Notes under the pieces: model-generated
The model's input: only the letters and a program-made list of their open reading frames with translations
Databases searched by the model: none
What the model was told of the DNA's origin: nothing
Virus record (IMG/VR): IMGVR_UViG_3300043253_000059
Span: 1 to 30,763 of that record
Direction: 5' to 3' (one strand)
DNA length: 30,763 bases
Origin: a virus
Lineage: Duplodnaviria; Caudoviricetes
Shown: piece after piece, positions 15,495 through 23,183 of the stretch
How the letters are laid out: each line of letters begins with the position of its first letter
Position numbering within the stretch: the stretch's first letter is position 1
Program-made: the position numbers and the translations under genes

Positions 15495-16445
15495 TCAACC
15501 GACTAGCACGTCCGGCAAGTCGCCGATGGTGGGCGCGATGGTGTTTGTGCCGGGTGCGCCCAAGCCCATTGTCGGCTTTGCCTCATCGCTGGATCGGCCG
15601 CCTTCGATCGGCAGCAAAAAGGAACGCTGCGCCGGTGGCGGCTGGTGCTTGCGTTTGGCGCTCAGCACCTCGAGATGCTTTTTGACCCATTTCGGCATGG
15701 GATGCGCCTTGCGGTCACGAGCGAACGCCACGATGGCGCTATAGGGCAGCGCCTCTTCGATCGCGCTCATCTGAGGATAGCCGATCTCGATCCCGAAGAG
15801 CAGCGTCGCCTGGGCCCAGTTCACCGTCCATTGCTGGGCTGGCGTCAACGCTGGCTCAAGCTCCGCGTCGCCAAGCCTCTTTATATCGTTATAGTTATCT
15901 ACGTTTACGGGATTTTGGGAATGTGACGCCTTCCCGTGACGCGGCGCAACACCGCGGCCGGGAACGCCATCTGTTTGATATCGCGTCGGTTTATAATCCG
16001 TGAGGCGCGCTATCCCCGTCACGTCTCGCGTCACATGTGACGCTTGCGCCGTCACCGAAGCGTCACCAGCGTCACGCCCGTCACTCGCTGTGACGGTGGA
16101 TAACCCGGGGGACAACTCGGCGGCTTTCCGCCGTGCGCGCAACGCTCGCATGCGCCGCGTGCCCGGCCGCAGCATGGCTTCGGCCGGCGCTTCCGGCGCA
16201 TCGTCGACCAGGCGCCCGTCTTCGATCATGCCCAGATGCTCGAGCGCGCCCAGCGCACGGGCCGCCGCGCCTTCCCCGATGCTGATGCGCTCCGAGAGAT
16301 AGGCGGTACGTCCCGCCATCGGCAGATCGGCGAGTTCCGGGCTGTCGCGCAGCTCGGCGCGGATCGCCAGGATGACCGAGCGCGGCAACCGCGCGTGCCG
16401 CGCTGCAGCGACACAGAGCAGGTGCGCTTTGAGGCAATCACACAT
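15495..16445 (-). CDS. Putative replication initiator / replisome organiser
   Basis: N-terminal wHTH-like region, basic helix RRMRALRARRK, then a VT-rich linker produced by GTCAC/GTGAC repeats; GAGGG RBS. Confidence 0.55.
   Translation of the reverse strand: MCDCLKAHLLCVAAARHARLPRSVILAIRAELRDSPELADLPMAGRTAYLSERISIGEGAAARALGALEHLGMIEDGRLVDDAPEAPAEAMLRPGTRRMRALRARRKAAELSPGLSTVTASDGRDAGDASVTAQASHVTRDVTGIARLTDYKPTRYQTDGVPGRGVAPRHGKASHSQNPVNVDNYNDIKRLGDAELEPALTPAQQWTVNWAQATLLFGIEIGYPQMSAIEEALPYSAIVAFARDRKAHPMPKWVKKHLEVLSAKRKHQPPPAQRSFLLPIEGGRSSDEAKPTMGLGAPGTNTIAPTIGDLPDVLVG
15878..16115. repeat. Putative intragenic replication origin (iterons, DnaA-box-like sites, AT-rich tract)
   Basis: 10 GTCAC/GTGAC pentamers 15923-16094, palindrome GCGTCACATGTGACGC 16028-16043, GGTGGATAA 16095-16103, TTATCTACG 15895-15903, AT-rich 15878-15905. 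Confidence 0.6.
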
Positions 16446-16472
16446 TGGCGCATTCCCTCGCGAAAATAGCTG

Positions 16473-16500
16473 TTGACAGGTGACAGAATGTCACTATGCT
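16473..16500 (+). promoter_or_regulatory. Sigma70 promoter with operator palindrome in the spacer
   Basis: TTGACA-16 nt-TATGCT; spacer contains GTGACA-gaa-TGTCAC (16480-16494). Confidence 0.75.
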
Positions 16501-16511
16501 TTGACCCGTTC

Positions 16512-16532
16512 GCCGCGGGCTGCAACCCCGGC
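16512..16532 (+). promoter_or_regulatory. CUGCAA-loop hairpin 1
   Basis: GCCG(C)GGG-CTGCAA-CCCCGGC, followed by CCAACGGAG and ATG 16554. Confidence 0.7.
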
Positions 16533-16553
16533 ACTCACCAACGGAGTAACGCG

Positions 16554-16730
16554 ATGAGCGATCTTTCCATGTCGGTCGGGCGCGATTACCGCACCTCGAG
16601 CCAGTACGAATATGTGATCTACCGCGATGAGCGCGTTGTCGCGCGGCAGGGTTTTTACCGCAACTACAGCCAAGCCAAACGCGCCGGGCTGGCAGCCGCG
16701 GCGAAGCTCACCGTTAAGACGGAGGCTTGA
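16554..16730 (+). CDS. Small hypothetical protein (first gene of the island)
   Basis: GGAG RBS; MSDLSMSVGRDY..., 58 aa. Confidence 0.65.
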   Translation: MSDLSMSVGRDYRTSSQYEYVIYRDERVVARQGFYRNYSQAKRAGLAAAAKLTVKTEA

Positions 16731-16733
16731 GCC

Positions 16734-16964
16734 ATGACCATACATTTGAGCGTCGATCCCGATGCCTCGCTGCTGGCTCGGCTCTACGAAGTCGATATTC
16801 AGCGCTGCGGCGAGCACTGGGGAACCTTGAGCACCATCGCGTTGAGCCCGATGCGCGCCTGCGAGATTGCCGAGCGCAAGGCATTCGAGGCCAACGCCCG
16901 CGCCGGCGATCTCTCGGACTGGTTCGCCAGTGCCGTGCGCGAAGTCACCGACGAGGAGGGTTGA
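16734..16964 (+). CDS. Small hypothetical protein
   Basis: GGAGG RBS; 3 nt after the previous stop. Confidence 0.6.
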   Translation: MTIHLSVDPDASLLARLYEVDIQRCGEHWGTLSTIALSPMRACEIAERKAFEANARAGDLSDWFASAVREVTDEEG

Positions 16965-16967
16965 GCT

Positions 16968-17177
16968 ATGAACTACGCAATCGAGTGCCGGCGGGTGCAC
17001 ACTCGCGGCCATTGGCTGTTTCTCGGCAATCATCGGTGCGACTTGGCGACCGCGAAATGCGTTGCGCAAGACACCGCGACCGAATTGCAGCGCGAAACGC
17101 GGGTTGTGAATTATGGGAAAACCTTTCGCATCTTTGCCGAGTTTAGCGCGCTCGGGCAGCCCTTGCGGCCAGAATAG
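16968..17177 (+). CDS. Small hypothetical protein
   Basis: GGAGGG RBS; 3 nt after the previous stop. Confidence 0.6.
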   Translation: MNYAIECRRVHTRGHWLFLGNHRCDLATAKCVAQDTATELQRETRVVNYGKTFRIFAEFSALGQPLRPE

Positions 17178-17182
17178 CGCGA

Positions 17183-17225
17183 CCCTGCTGTCTCGCCCGT
17201 ACCTGGTGCGGGCGAGGTGGCAGGG
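17183..17225 (+). other. 20-bp stem-loop, fully paired only if G-U pairs are allowed
   Basis: CCCTGCTGTCTCGCCCGTAC-CTG-GTGCGGGCGAGGTGGCAGGG; 16 Watson-Crick plus 4 G-U pairs. Confidence 0.7.
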
Positions 17226-17245
17226 CCGTCCGGCTCTGTACCCTG

Positions 17246-17265
17246 GCGCCGCCTGCAAGCGGTGC
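17246..17265 (+). promoter_or_regulatory. CUGCAA-loop hairpin 2
   Basis: GCGCCGC-CTGCAA-GCGGTGC, followed by CCAACGGAGG and ATG 17286. Confidence 0.7.
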
Positions 17266-17285
17266 GACCCAACGGAGGATCTACG

Positions 17286-18155
17286 ATGTACGCCAACACC
17301 ATTTACGACGCCCGCGCTCGCTTCGACGGTTCCGCTCGCGCGATGACCGAGGACGAAATGCGCCGCAAGGCACCTTCGATCTTCGCGACCCAAGCGCACG
17401 AAAGCCGCTCCGAACGCTTTGCGCCCATCCCCACGATCGACGTCTTGCGCGGGCTGCAGGAAGAGGGATTTTACCCGCTCGCCTGCCGCCAGGCACTTAC
17501 CCGCGTCCCGGGCAAGGAGGATTTCACCAAGCACATGATCCGCCTGCGCCGATTGGATCAGGACGCCGCCTATAAAGTCGGCGACACGGTTTGCGAGATC
17601 GTTCTCAAAAATGCCAATGACGGCACGTCGGCCTATGATCTGATGGCCGGATTGTTCCGCATCCGGTGCTTGAACAGCCTTGTCGCGCAAACCGGGACGA
17701 TAGACACCGTCAAGGTGCGGCACTCGGGCGACGTGCAAGGCAAGGTGATCGAGGGGACCTATCACGTGCTCGAGGAGGCGCAGAAAGCTTTGGCCGCACC
17801 GCAGGACTGGAGCCAGCTCACCATGGGACGCGACGCCAAGACGGTTTTTGCGGAAGCGGCGCACGTGCTGCGCTTCGGTGACGCGGAGGGTAATGTCACG
17901 ACGCCGATCGCCGCGGACCAGCTGCTCAGCCCCCGGCGCTACGATGACCGGGCGGACGATCTGTGGACGACCTTCAATGTCGTGCAGGAGAACACCATCA
18001 GGGGCGGCTTGCATGCCTGGGGACGCGACGCCAATAACCACCGGCGCCGCACCACAACCCGCGAGGTGAAGGGCATCGACCAGGACGTGAAGCTGAATAA
18101 AGCGCTTTTTGTCCTTGCCGATCGGATGGCGCATATCCTCAAATCGGCCGCCTAA
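17286..18155 (+). CDS. DUF932 (DUF945/YubP-like) family protein
   Basis: APSIFA..AHESRSERF.PIPT..VL.GL..EGF, FTKH.IRLR, N.NDG.SAY.L.AG.FR..C.N, DLW.TFN.VQEN.IRGG, GIDQDVKLNKAL. Confidence 0.9.
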   Translation: MYANTIYDARARFDGSARAMTEDEMRRKAPSIFATQAHESRSERFAPIPTIDVLRGLQEEGFYPLACRQALTRVPGKEDFTKHMIRLRRLDQDAAYKVGDTVCEIVLKNANDGTSAYDLMAGLFRIRCLNSLVAQTGTIDTVKVRHSGDVQGKVIEGTYHVLEEAQKALAAPQDWSQLTMGRDAKTVFAEAAHVLRFGDAEGNVTTPIAADQLLSPRRYDDRADDLWTTFNVVQENTIRGGLHAWGRDANNHRRRTTTREVKGIDQDVKLNKALFVLADRMAHILKSAA

Positions 18156-18167
18156 CCACGCAACGCA

Positions 18168-18205
18168 CGGGCGTCCTGGCTGCAACCAGGCGCCCGCCTT
18201 TTTTT
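18168..18205 (+). terminator. CUGCAA-loop hairpin 3, with T-tract (intrinsic terminator-like)
   Basis: CGGGCG(T)CCTGG-CTGCAA-CCAGGCGCCCG-cc-TTTTTTT, then CGGAG RBS. Confidence 0.7.
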
Positions 18206-18218
18206 CGGAGCACAGGCA

Positions 18219-18428
18219 ATGACGCTGTACGAAGCCTATTTGGCCGGCTGGCAAAGCTGCTGCGATGGGGTTGACGGCCGATATTGGTTTACGCGACCGC
18301 AGGACGTGGAACGCGAGCCCGCGCTGAGACGCGCGTGGCAACAAGGATGGAGCGACGCATTCGAGCGCGAAGAAGAGGACGAAGAGCCGTTGCCCGAAAG
18401 CTTCCTGTCGTTGGAAGATCAGACGTAA
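18219..18428 (+). CDS. Small acidic hypothetical protein
   Basis: GGAG RBS; AY.AGW...AWQQGW motif (Rmf/CrpP-fold-like pattern). Confidence 0.6.
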   Translation: MTLYEAYLAGWQSCCDGVDGRYWFTRPQDVEREPALRRAWQQGWSDAFEREEEDEEPLPESFLSLEDQT

Positions 18429-18436
18429 GCGCGGTC

Positions 18437-18467
18437 GCGGGCGGCGCCCCTGCAAGGGCCCGCCCGC
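18437..18467 (+). promoter_or_regulatory. CUGCAA-loop hairpin 4
   Basis: GCGGGCGG(C)GCCC-CTGCAA-GGGCCCGCCCGC; third CCAACGGAG at 18491-18499. Confidence 0.7.
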
Positions 18468-18537
18468 TGCCCGCATTATCCCTCGCGACGCCAACGGAGC
18501 CGTCGGGAGGGGATACGAGAGAAAAGGGGATATCACG

Positions 18538-18756
18538 ATGTCAGCAGCGGAATTCAAGGCATGGCGCGAGCGTCTGGGGTTGAGCCAGCGCGGCGCCGCG
18601 GCGCGGCTTGGCCTCTCCAAGCGCACGATCATCCGCTACGAGAAAGGCACGCACCGGGTCAACCGTCATGTCGCGTTGTCCTGCGCGATTGCCGAAAGCA
18701 TGGTCAAGCCTCACCCGAAGGCCGCGCGCGCGGCGCTGCAGCCCGTCGAGGAATAG
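18538..18756 (+). CDS. XRE-family HTH transcriptional regulator
   Basis: EFKAWRERLGLSQRGAAARLGLSKRTIIRYEKG; AGGGG RBS. Confidence 0.88.
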   Translation: MSAAEFKAWRERLGLSQRGAAARLGLSKRTIIRYEKGTHRVNRHVALSCAIAESMVKPHPKAARAALQPVEE

Positions 18757-19121
18757 GTGAGCGGCGCATTGCCGAGCTTCAGGGGCGAACCCGGATCCAG
18801 CCGGGCTCGAGGATCATCGGTAAACCTCGGCCCTTCCCATACCGGGTGAGGAATGCGCGGCCTCACTCCGCCCATGTTGCCGGTGCGCGCGCGACCCGCT
18901 TGCGCCTTTTTGATACGGTCGGCATTGGCCTCGGCCTTTTCCTCCCGAGTGCGCTCGCGCAGTTCGATGCCTTTGTCGCGCAGGCGCTTCAATCGGCCAC
19001 CGATCGCGAATTCGTTGCGCCGCGGCATCTCTGCCGCGATCTCGAAGGCGCGCTTGCCGGCGTTCCACGCGAGGATCAGGATTTCGTCTTCAACCGAGGA
19101 CCATTTAGGGGATGTGCTCAT
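18711..19121 (-). CDS. GcrA/Myb-like N-terminal HTH protein
   Basis: WS..EDE.L...W.AG..A.EIA..M..RN..AI.GR..RL. Confidence 0.6.
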   Translation of the reverse strand: MSTSPKWSSVEDEILILAWNAGKRAFEIAAEMPRRNEFAIGGRLKRLRDKGIELRERTREEKAEANADRIKKAQAGRARTGNMGGVRPRIPHPVWEGPRFTDDPRARLDPGSPLKLGNAPLTYSSTGCSAARAAFG

Positions 19122-19519
19122 AGTAGCCTCTTGCCAAATTCGAGGGTTTCCAGGACGGCTTTAGCCTGCTCGCGGAGTTCGGCGCGCTCGCGATCGGTCC
19201 TTGCGTGATTGATCCGGCTTTTGAGGTGCGAGGGCATCATGGACCAGTGGCCGGAGCACCAGCTACGGCCCAAAGGCACGTCGCGCTCGCATCCGATCGC
19301 CTGGCATTTCGGCAAAATGGGCTCGCGTCGGTGGATTGGCGTCGTATCATCAGGCGAGAGTTTGAGGACGTCGTCACCCAGCGGCGGCAGCACTTCGAGC
19401 CCGTCGGCGCACGCATCGGGAGTGCGGCAGGCCGCGGGCAAGCGGATCTGCTGGTCGTCGATCGTCTCGGCAACCGCCAGGCATATAGGGCACTGGAAGA
19501 ATTCGTGGACGACGCTCAC
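19118..19519 (-). CDS. Cys-rich (Zn-finger) hypothetical protein
   Basis: CPIC, CQAIGC...WCSGHW..MP. Confidence 0.6.
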   Translation of the reverse strand: MSVVHEFFQCPICLAVAETIDDQQIRLPAACRTPDACADGLEVLPPLGDDVLKLSPDDTTPIHRREPILPKCQAIGCERDVPLGRSWCSGHWSMMPSHLKSRINHARTDRERAELREQAKAVLETLEFGKRLL

Positions 19520-19860
19520 GGCCCGGCGTCCTTGCGGCGATGCCGAGCGATTTCGCGCTCGATGTGCACCTGCGCCTTCAAGAGATCGAGTAGCGCGCCG
19601 TTGCCCGGCTTGCGGCCGGCGCGCACGATGTATTTGACGATGGCGCCGCAGTTGTAGTTGAGCCCGAACGCCTCGATCACATCGCGGATGTCATGACCGT
19701 CGGCGATGTAGTAATCCGCCGTCGCTGCCCACGGCCGAGGTGCGAAATCGCCGGTAATGCTACCCGGCTTCGCAGGCGCCGCGACGTTTTCGGATTGCCA
19801 ATTCGGGCAGAGCGAGTGCTCGCTGAAGCACCGGCAATCCGGGCCGATCAAGCAGCTCAT
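19516..19860 (-). CDS. DUF3310-like protein
   Basis: YY....DVIEAFGLNYN.G.IVKYI.RAG.K.....DL.KA...I.REI; ATG 19860 overlaps the upstream stop. Confidence 0.75.
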   Translation of the reverse strand: MSCLIGPDCRCFSEHSLCPNWQSENVAAPAKPGSITGDFAPRPWAATADYYIADGHDIRDVIEAFGLNYNCGAIVKYIVRAGRKPGNGALLDLLKAQVHIEREIARHRRKDAGP

Positions 19861-20108
19861 TCGACCGCTCCGGGCTGAGCACGGGGAGCGAGGCTCGGGC
19901 GAGCGAGCTTCCCATTGCGCTGCGCTACAGCCCTTGTCGCTAGTACCGGGTCGATCCGGTCCAGCGCTGCGACATCGGCAAAGAGCGCTACACACCCATC
20001 GCAGATATGCGGGGCCAAGGCTCCCAGCCCCTGGAAGAGGAGGGATACCTCGCTCTTCCCCTGGGCACAGAAAGAGCAATGGAGGTTGAGGTTGGGGCGG
20101 GTGGTCAT
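19857..20108 (-). CDS. Stand-alone ClpX C4-type zinc-finger protein
   Basis: LHCSFC.....EV..L..G......ICD.CV.L... Confidence 0.75.
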   Translation of the reverse strand: MTTRPNLNLHCSFCAQGKSEVSLLFQGLGALAPHICDGCVALFADVAALDRIDPVLATRAVAQRNGKLARPSLAPRAQPGAVE

Positions 20109-20791
20109 GCCGGATCATCCAGCCAGAAGGTGATCGGAGGGCCTTCATGCCGCCAATCCCAGAGATACCAGGCATAGGGGAAACGGGGGCTAGCCTTGTC
20201 GTCATCCGACCATTTGGGGCGGCGCGGGAGGATCAGCTTTGCCGCGTAGGGCCAGGCGAAGAGCGGGCGGTTGATGGCTGGCGCGTCGAATTCGTGGCGC
20301 TGCAGGATCGCGACCTTCCCTCTCCAAGGCTCAGTCACGATCAGCGCCTGCCGAACGAATTCACGCGCGAGATCGAATGGCGGATTGGTGACGACCGCCG
20401 GCATTCGTTGCGGCCGGCGCCGGTCGTGCACGAAGTCGATTATCTGTGTGTCCGGCCAGCCGTAATCATGGATATCCGAGGCGAAGACGCGATATCCGGC
20501 GCGCTCCAGTTCGGCTGCCATGCGGCCATCGCCAACCGCCGGCTCCCACACTTCAACTACCGTATCGGGCTGTGTGACCGCAGTACCCGGCAACTGAAGT
20601 CGAAACGACACTTCCGCCAGCAGCGCCCGCGTCACCCACGGTTCGGTAAAGTACGCATCCCTGGCATTGCGCACATACCCGGCTTCACCGTGACTCGCGC
20701 TCTTGCGTGCCGGGGCGACCGGACCGAGGAGATCGGCCTCATCCGGCCGCTCGGCGCTGCGCTTGAAGGTGGCGTTGCCGAGCGGGCTCAT
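20105..20791 (-). CDS. Phage SAM-dependent (probable DNA amino-) methyltransferase
   Basis: D.Y.T, VWEPA.GDG (motif I), SDI, DF, VVTNPPF (motif IV). Confidence 0.8.
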   Translation of the reverse strand: MSPLGNATFKRSAERPDEADLLGPVAPARKSASHGEAGYVRNARDAYFTEPWVTRALLAEVSFRLQLPGTAVTQPDTVVEVWEPAVGDGRMAAELERAGYRVFASDIHDYGWPDTQIIDFVHDRRRPQRMPAVVTNPPFDLAREFVRQALIVTEPWRGKVAILQRHEFDAPAINRPLFAWPYAAKLILPRRPKWSDDDKASPRFPYAWYLWDWRHEGPPITFWLDDPA

Positions 20792-20846
20792 CGCCGCACC
20801 CAATTACTGGCGTCGCCCGGGCTGCGCTCGAACGATTTCACGACGC

Positions 20847-21083
20847 TCATTGCCGGTAATCCCGCATATGGCCTATCACGCGGCCCTCGCGCCAGATCGC
20901 GCCATCCGGCTCGACATGCGCATAGCTCGGCGGCGGCTTCAGCGCGGTGCCGTCGCGGTCAACCTGGTCGAGGTAGCACAGCGCGCCGCTTCCGTCGTCG
21001 TGCCTGACGTAGCGCACCGGGACGCCGTCGATGGTGAATTCGCCGATCACCTCGCCGAGCTTCACGCCACAGGGCTCAGCCAT
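20847..21083 (-). CDS. Hypothetical protein
   Basis: GGAGG RBS; coupled. Confidence 0.55.
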   Translation of the reverse strand: MAEPCGVKLGEVIGEFTIDGVPVRYVRHDDGSGALCYLDQVDRDGTALKPPPSYAHVEPDGAIWREGRVIGHMRDYRQ

Positions 21084-21305
21084 TGCCGCCCTCCAGCGCT
21101 CGCCGCTCTACCTCGCGACCGAGATCAGTAAGAACGAATCGATTGGAGCGCGGATCGTATATCGTCCAACCACGCTCGATGCTCCGGCGCAACCGAGCGC
21201 GCCGAGCTTTCGAGATTGGCCGCCGCGCAGGAGCCCGATCAAACGCCCGCATCTGCTCGCCGATCGACAGCACGGGAAAAGGGGCCTGCTCAGCCATTGC
21301 CGCCC
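21074..21305. repeat. 18-bp direct repeat at two consecutive gene junctions
   Basis: gctcagccattgccgccc at 21074-21091 and 21288-21305. Confidence 0.8.
21076..21297 (-). CDS. Hypothetical protein
   Basis: ATG 21297 within the junction repeat. Confidence 0.5.
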   Translation of the reverse strand: MAEQAPFPVLSIGEQMRAFDRAPARRPISKARRARLRRSIERGWTIYDPRSNRFVLTDLGREVERRALEGGNG

Positions 21306-21421
21306 GCCCGCGCCAGGGCCATGCGCTTCCTTGTTGCGGCGGCGCGTTTCGCCAGGAGCTGGCCGGCGACACGCGCCTTGCTGCCGAACTGGCGATGAAC
21401 TGTAAGGCTGCCGGCGCTCAT
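21290..21421 (-). CDS. Small basic peptide (43 aa), not in the ORF track
   Basis: MSAGSLTVHRQFGSK...GGNG*; coupled on both sides. Confidence 0.45.
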   Translation of the reverse strand: MSAGSLTVHRQFGSKARVAGQLLAKRAAATRKRMALARAGGNG

Positions 21422-21660
21422 CGCCGCACCCTGCGGATCGGGATGATCTGAGCCTCGGGTTTGGGCTCAACCAGCTGCAGCCAGAACGGCAACCCCTTGT
21501 CGTTCAACCGGTCGATCAGCCGCTGGGCTTTTGATTCGGCGTCCTGTTGGGTCTCTCCGAGGACGATCAATTCCGGGCAGAGGTCATTATCCTTGAAGAC
21601 CTGGCAGAGACACGCCGGGGATTGACCGAAGGAGGGGCCGAGGCGGTAGGGCTTCGTCAT
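21418..21660 (-). CDS. Hypothetical protein
   Basis: ATGA coupling. Confidence 0.55.
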   Translation of the reverse strand: MTKPYRLGPSFGQSPACLCQVFKDNDLCPELIVLGETQQDAESKAQRLIDRLNDKGLPFWLQLVEPKPEAQIIPIRRVRR

Positions 21661-22841
21661 GCCGGCGCCCCCTTCGGTAGGGCGAGGGGTTTCAGCCCAT
21701 CAGCGGCCCTCAGCTGGTTCGCTAGATCGTAGAGGCGCTGCAGCGAGCTCGGCTTGCCGTCGAGCACCACTTCGACTTTCTCAAGCCAAACCGTTCGGCC
21801 ATCTTGCGCGTCGGAAGGCTGGCCCTCGCGAATGATCGCGCTTCGGCCTTTGCCGCGCAGAAACGCCGCGACCTGCTCCGGCGATTGCACCAGGCTCACG
21901 CCCTTCTCGGCGATGAATTTGGCAATCGCGTCTCCGTCGGGCCCGGCGGGCTTCGGTTTCAGCGGCGGGGCTGTTGGCCGCAACGGCACCGCGGCGCGCG
22001 GGACAACCGGTCTAGCCGGTTCCGGCGCAGCGAGCGGCTTGGCTGCGGCGGCGCGTTGCGGCGTCAGCGCTCCGCGCAGCCCCGCGACGAGGAGCGGGAT
22101 CGCGCCGGAACCACCGAGCCCGAGCGGGCTTGTCGCCGCCCATCGCTCGGGGCCGAGTTTTTCGAGCGCCCGGCGCAGCTCTTCGGCGCTTCCGTTTTCG
22201 TTCAGGAACCGCGCCGCCGCCTCAAAGAACGCGCCGTGCAATACTCCCCGTTCGCGGCCCCAGCACGCCATCAGCACCGCGATGGCAGAACCGAGATTAG
22301 CCGCGCCCTGGGTTTTCAGCGCCCTGCGCAGCGACGGGATCGCCGCGGTTTTGCCTGGCGGCACCTGTTTGATCGCCATCGCGTAACCGAGCAATTCGAG
22401 ACCGGCCGCATCGGCAAGGCGCTTGAGTTCTACCGCCTCCGGGCGCCCCGCGAGCAATTCCCCCTTGAATAGAGCTTGTGGGCTAAGCCCAAGGCGGTCG
22501 CGGTTCGCCGACGCGAAGATTTCAGCGGCCTGGTCAGTCGAGGTGACGCCGACGACGACCGCCGGCACCAGCGGCTGGCCGACCGCCCGCGCCGCGGCGA
22601 CGCGGTGCTGGCCGTCGATAATTTCCCAACGGCCGCCCTCCTTCGCCATGACGATGACGACCTGAAACTTCGCCCAGCGAAAATTCGCGGCTATTCGGGC
22701 GATATGACGCTGCGAGGCAGGACGGTCGATCGTGCGCTGATACGCCTCATCGACGTCGAGCCGGTCGACCGGGAGCCACGCGAGCTCCGGACGCGGACCC
22801 GGACCGGGCGCGTCGGCAGCGTTCAGCACCGCGTCCACCAC
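21657..22841 (-). CDS. ParB/Srx-like N-terminal domain protein (DUF6551-like)
   Basis: L.W.PV..L.VD..YQR, IA..F.W..F, IIDGQHR.AAA. Confidence 0.8.
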   Translation of the reverse strand: MVDAVLNAADAPGPGPRPELAWLPVDRLDVDEAYQRTIDRPASQRHIARIAANFRWAKFQVVIVMAKEGGRWEIIDGQHRVAAARAVGQPLVPAVVVGVTSTDQAAEIFASANRDRLGLSPQALFKGELLAGRPEAVELKRLADAAGLELLGYAMAIKQVPPGKTAAIPSLRRALKTQGAANLGSAIAVLMACWGRERGVLHGAFFEAAARFLNENGSAEELRRALEKLGPERWAATSPLGLGGSGAIPLLVAGLRGALTPQRAAAAKPLAAPEPARPVVPRAAVPLRPTAPPLKPKPAGPDGDAIAKFIAEKGVSLVQSPEQVAAFLRGKGRSAIIREGQPSDAQDGRTVWLEKVEVVLDGKPSSLQRLYDLANQLRAADGLKPLALPKGAPA

Positions 22842-23101
22842 GGACCTTCAGCGGGTTCTTCGGCGAGTTCTTTATCACCCTCGGCGCTCAGCCAGTTGCC
22901 TTCCCTGCGGGTGACCGCGCGCGTCCCGGTGACCCGGTTGACGATCTCGACCTCGCCTTCGGGCCAATGCTCGTCCGCCCATCCTTGGGCGCCGAGGAGC
23001 GACTTGAAATGCTTGGGTCCATGGATGCCGCGCCTGGCGCTCCACGGCCGCTCCAGGCGCCTATCGTGCTGTTCCTTGCGGCTCAGCATCGCCTCAGCCA
23101 C
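22823..23101 (-). CDS. Hypothetical protein
   Basis: Fits the operon; start uncertain (23101 or 23089). Confidence 0.5.
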   Translation of the reverse strand: MAEAMLSRKEQHDRRLERPWSARRGIHGPKHFKSLLGAQGWADEHWPEGEVEIVNRVTGTRAVTRREGNWLSAEGDKELAEEPAEGPWWTRC

Positions 23102-23183
23102 AGATAAAGCTTCTCAAGACAGCCCATCGCAAAGGCAAACCCGCAGCTAATACTGACGAGCGAGACCAGGAGGAAAAGATCGC

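Noticed and set aside
16512-18467. CRISPR or mini-array interpretation of the CTGCAA hairpins
   Set aside because: Stems differ in sequence, spacing is hundreds of bases with genes in between, and no cas genes are present
16494-18632. 712-aa minus-strand ORF
   Set aside because: Antisense shadow of the promoter- and RBS-supported plus-strand operon including DUF932; no recognisable motifs
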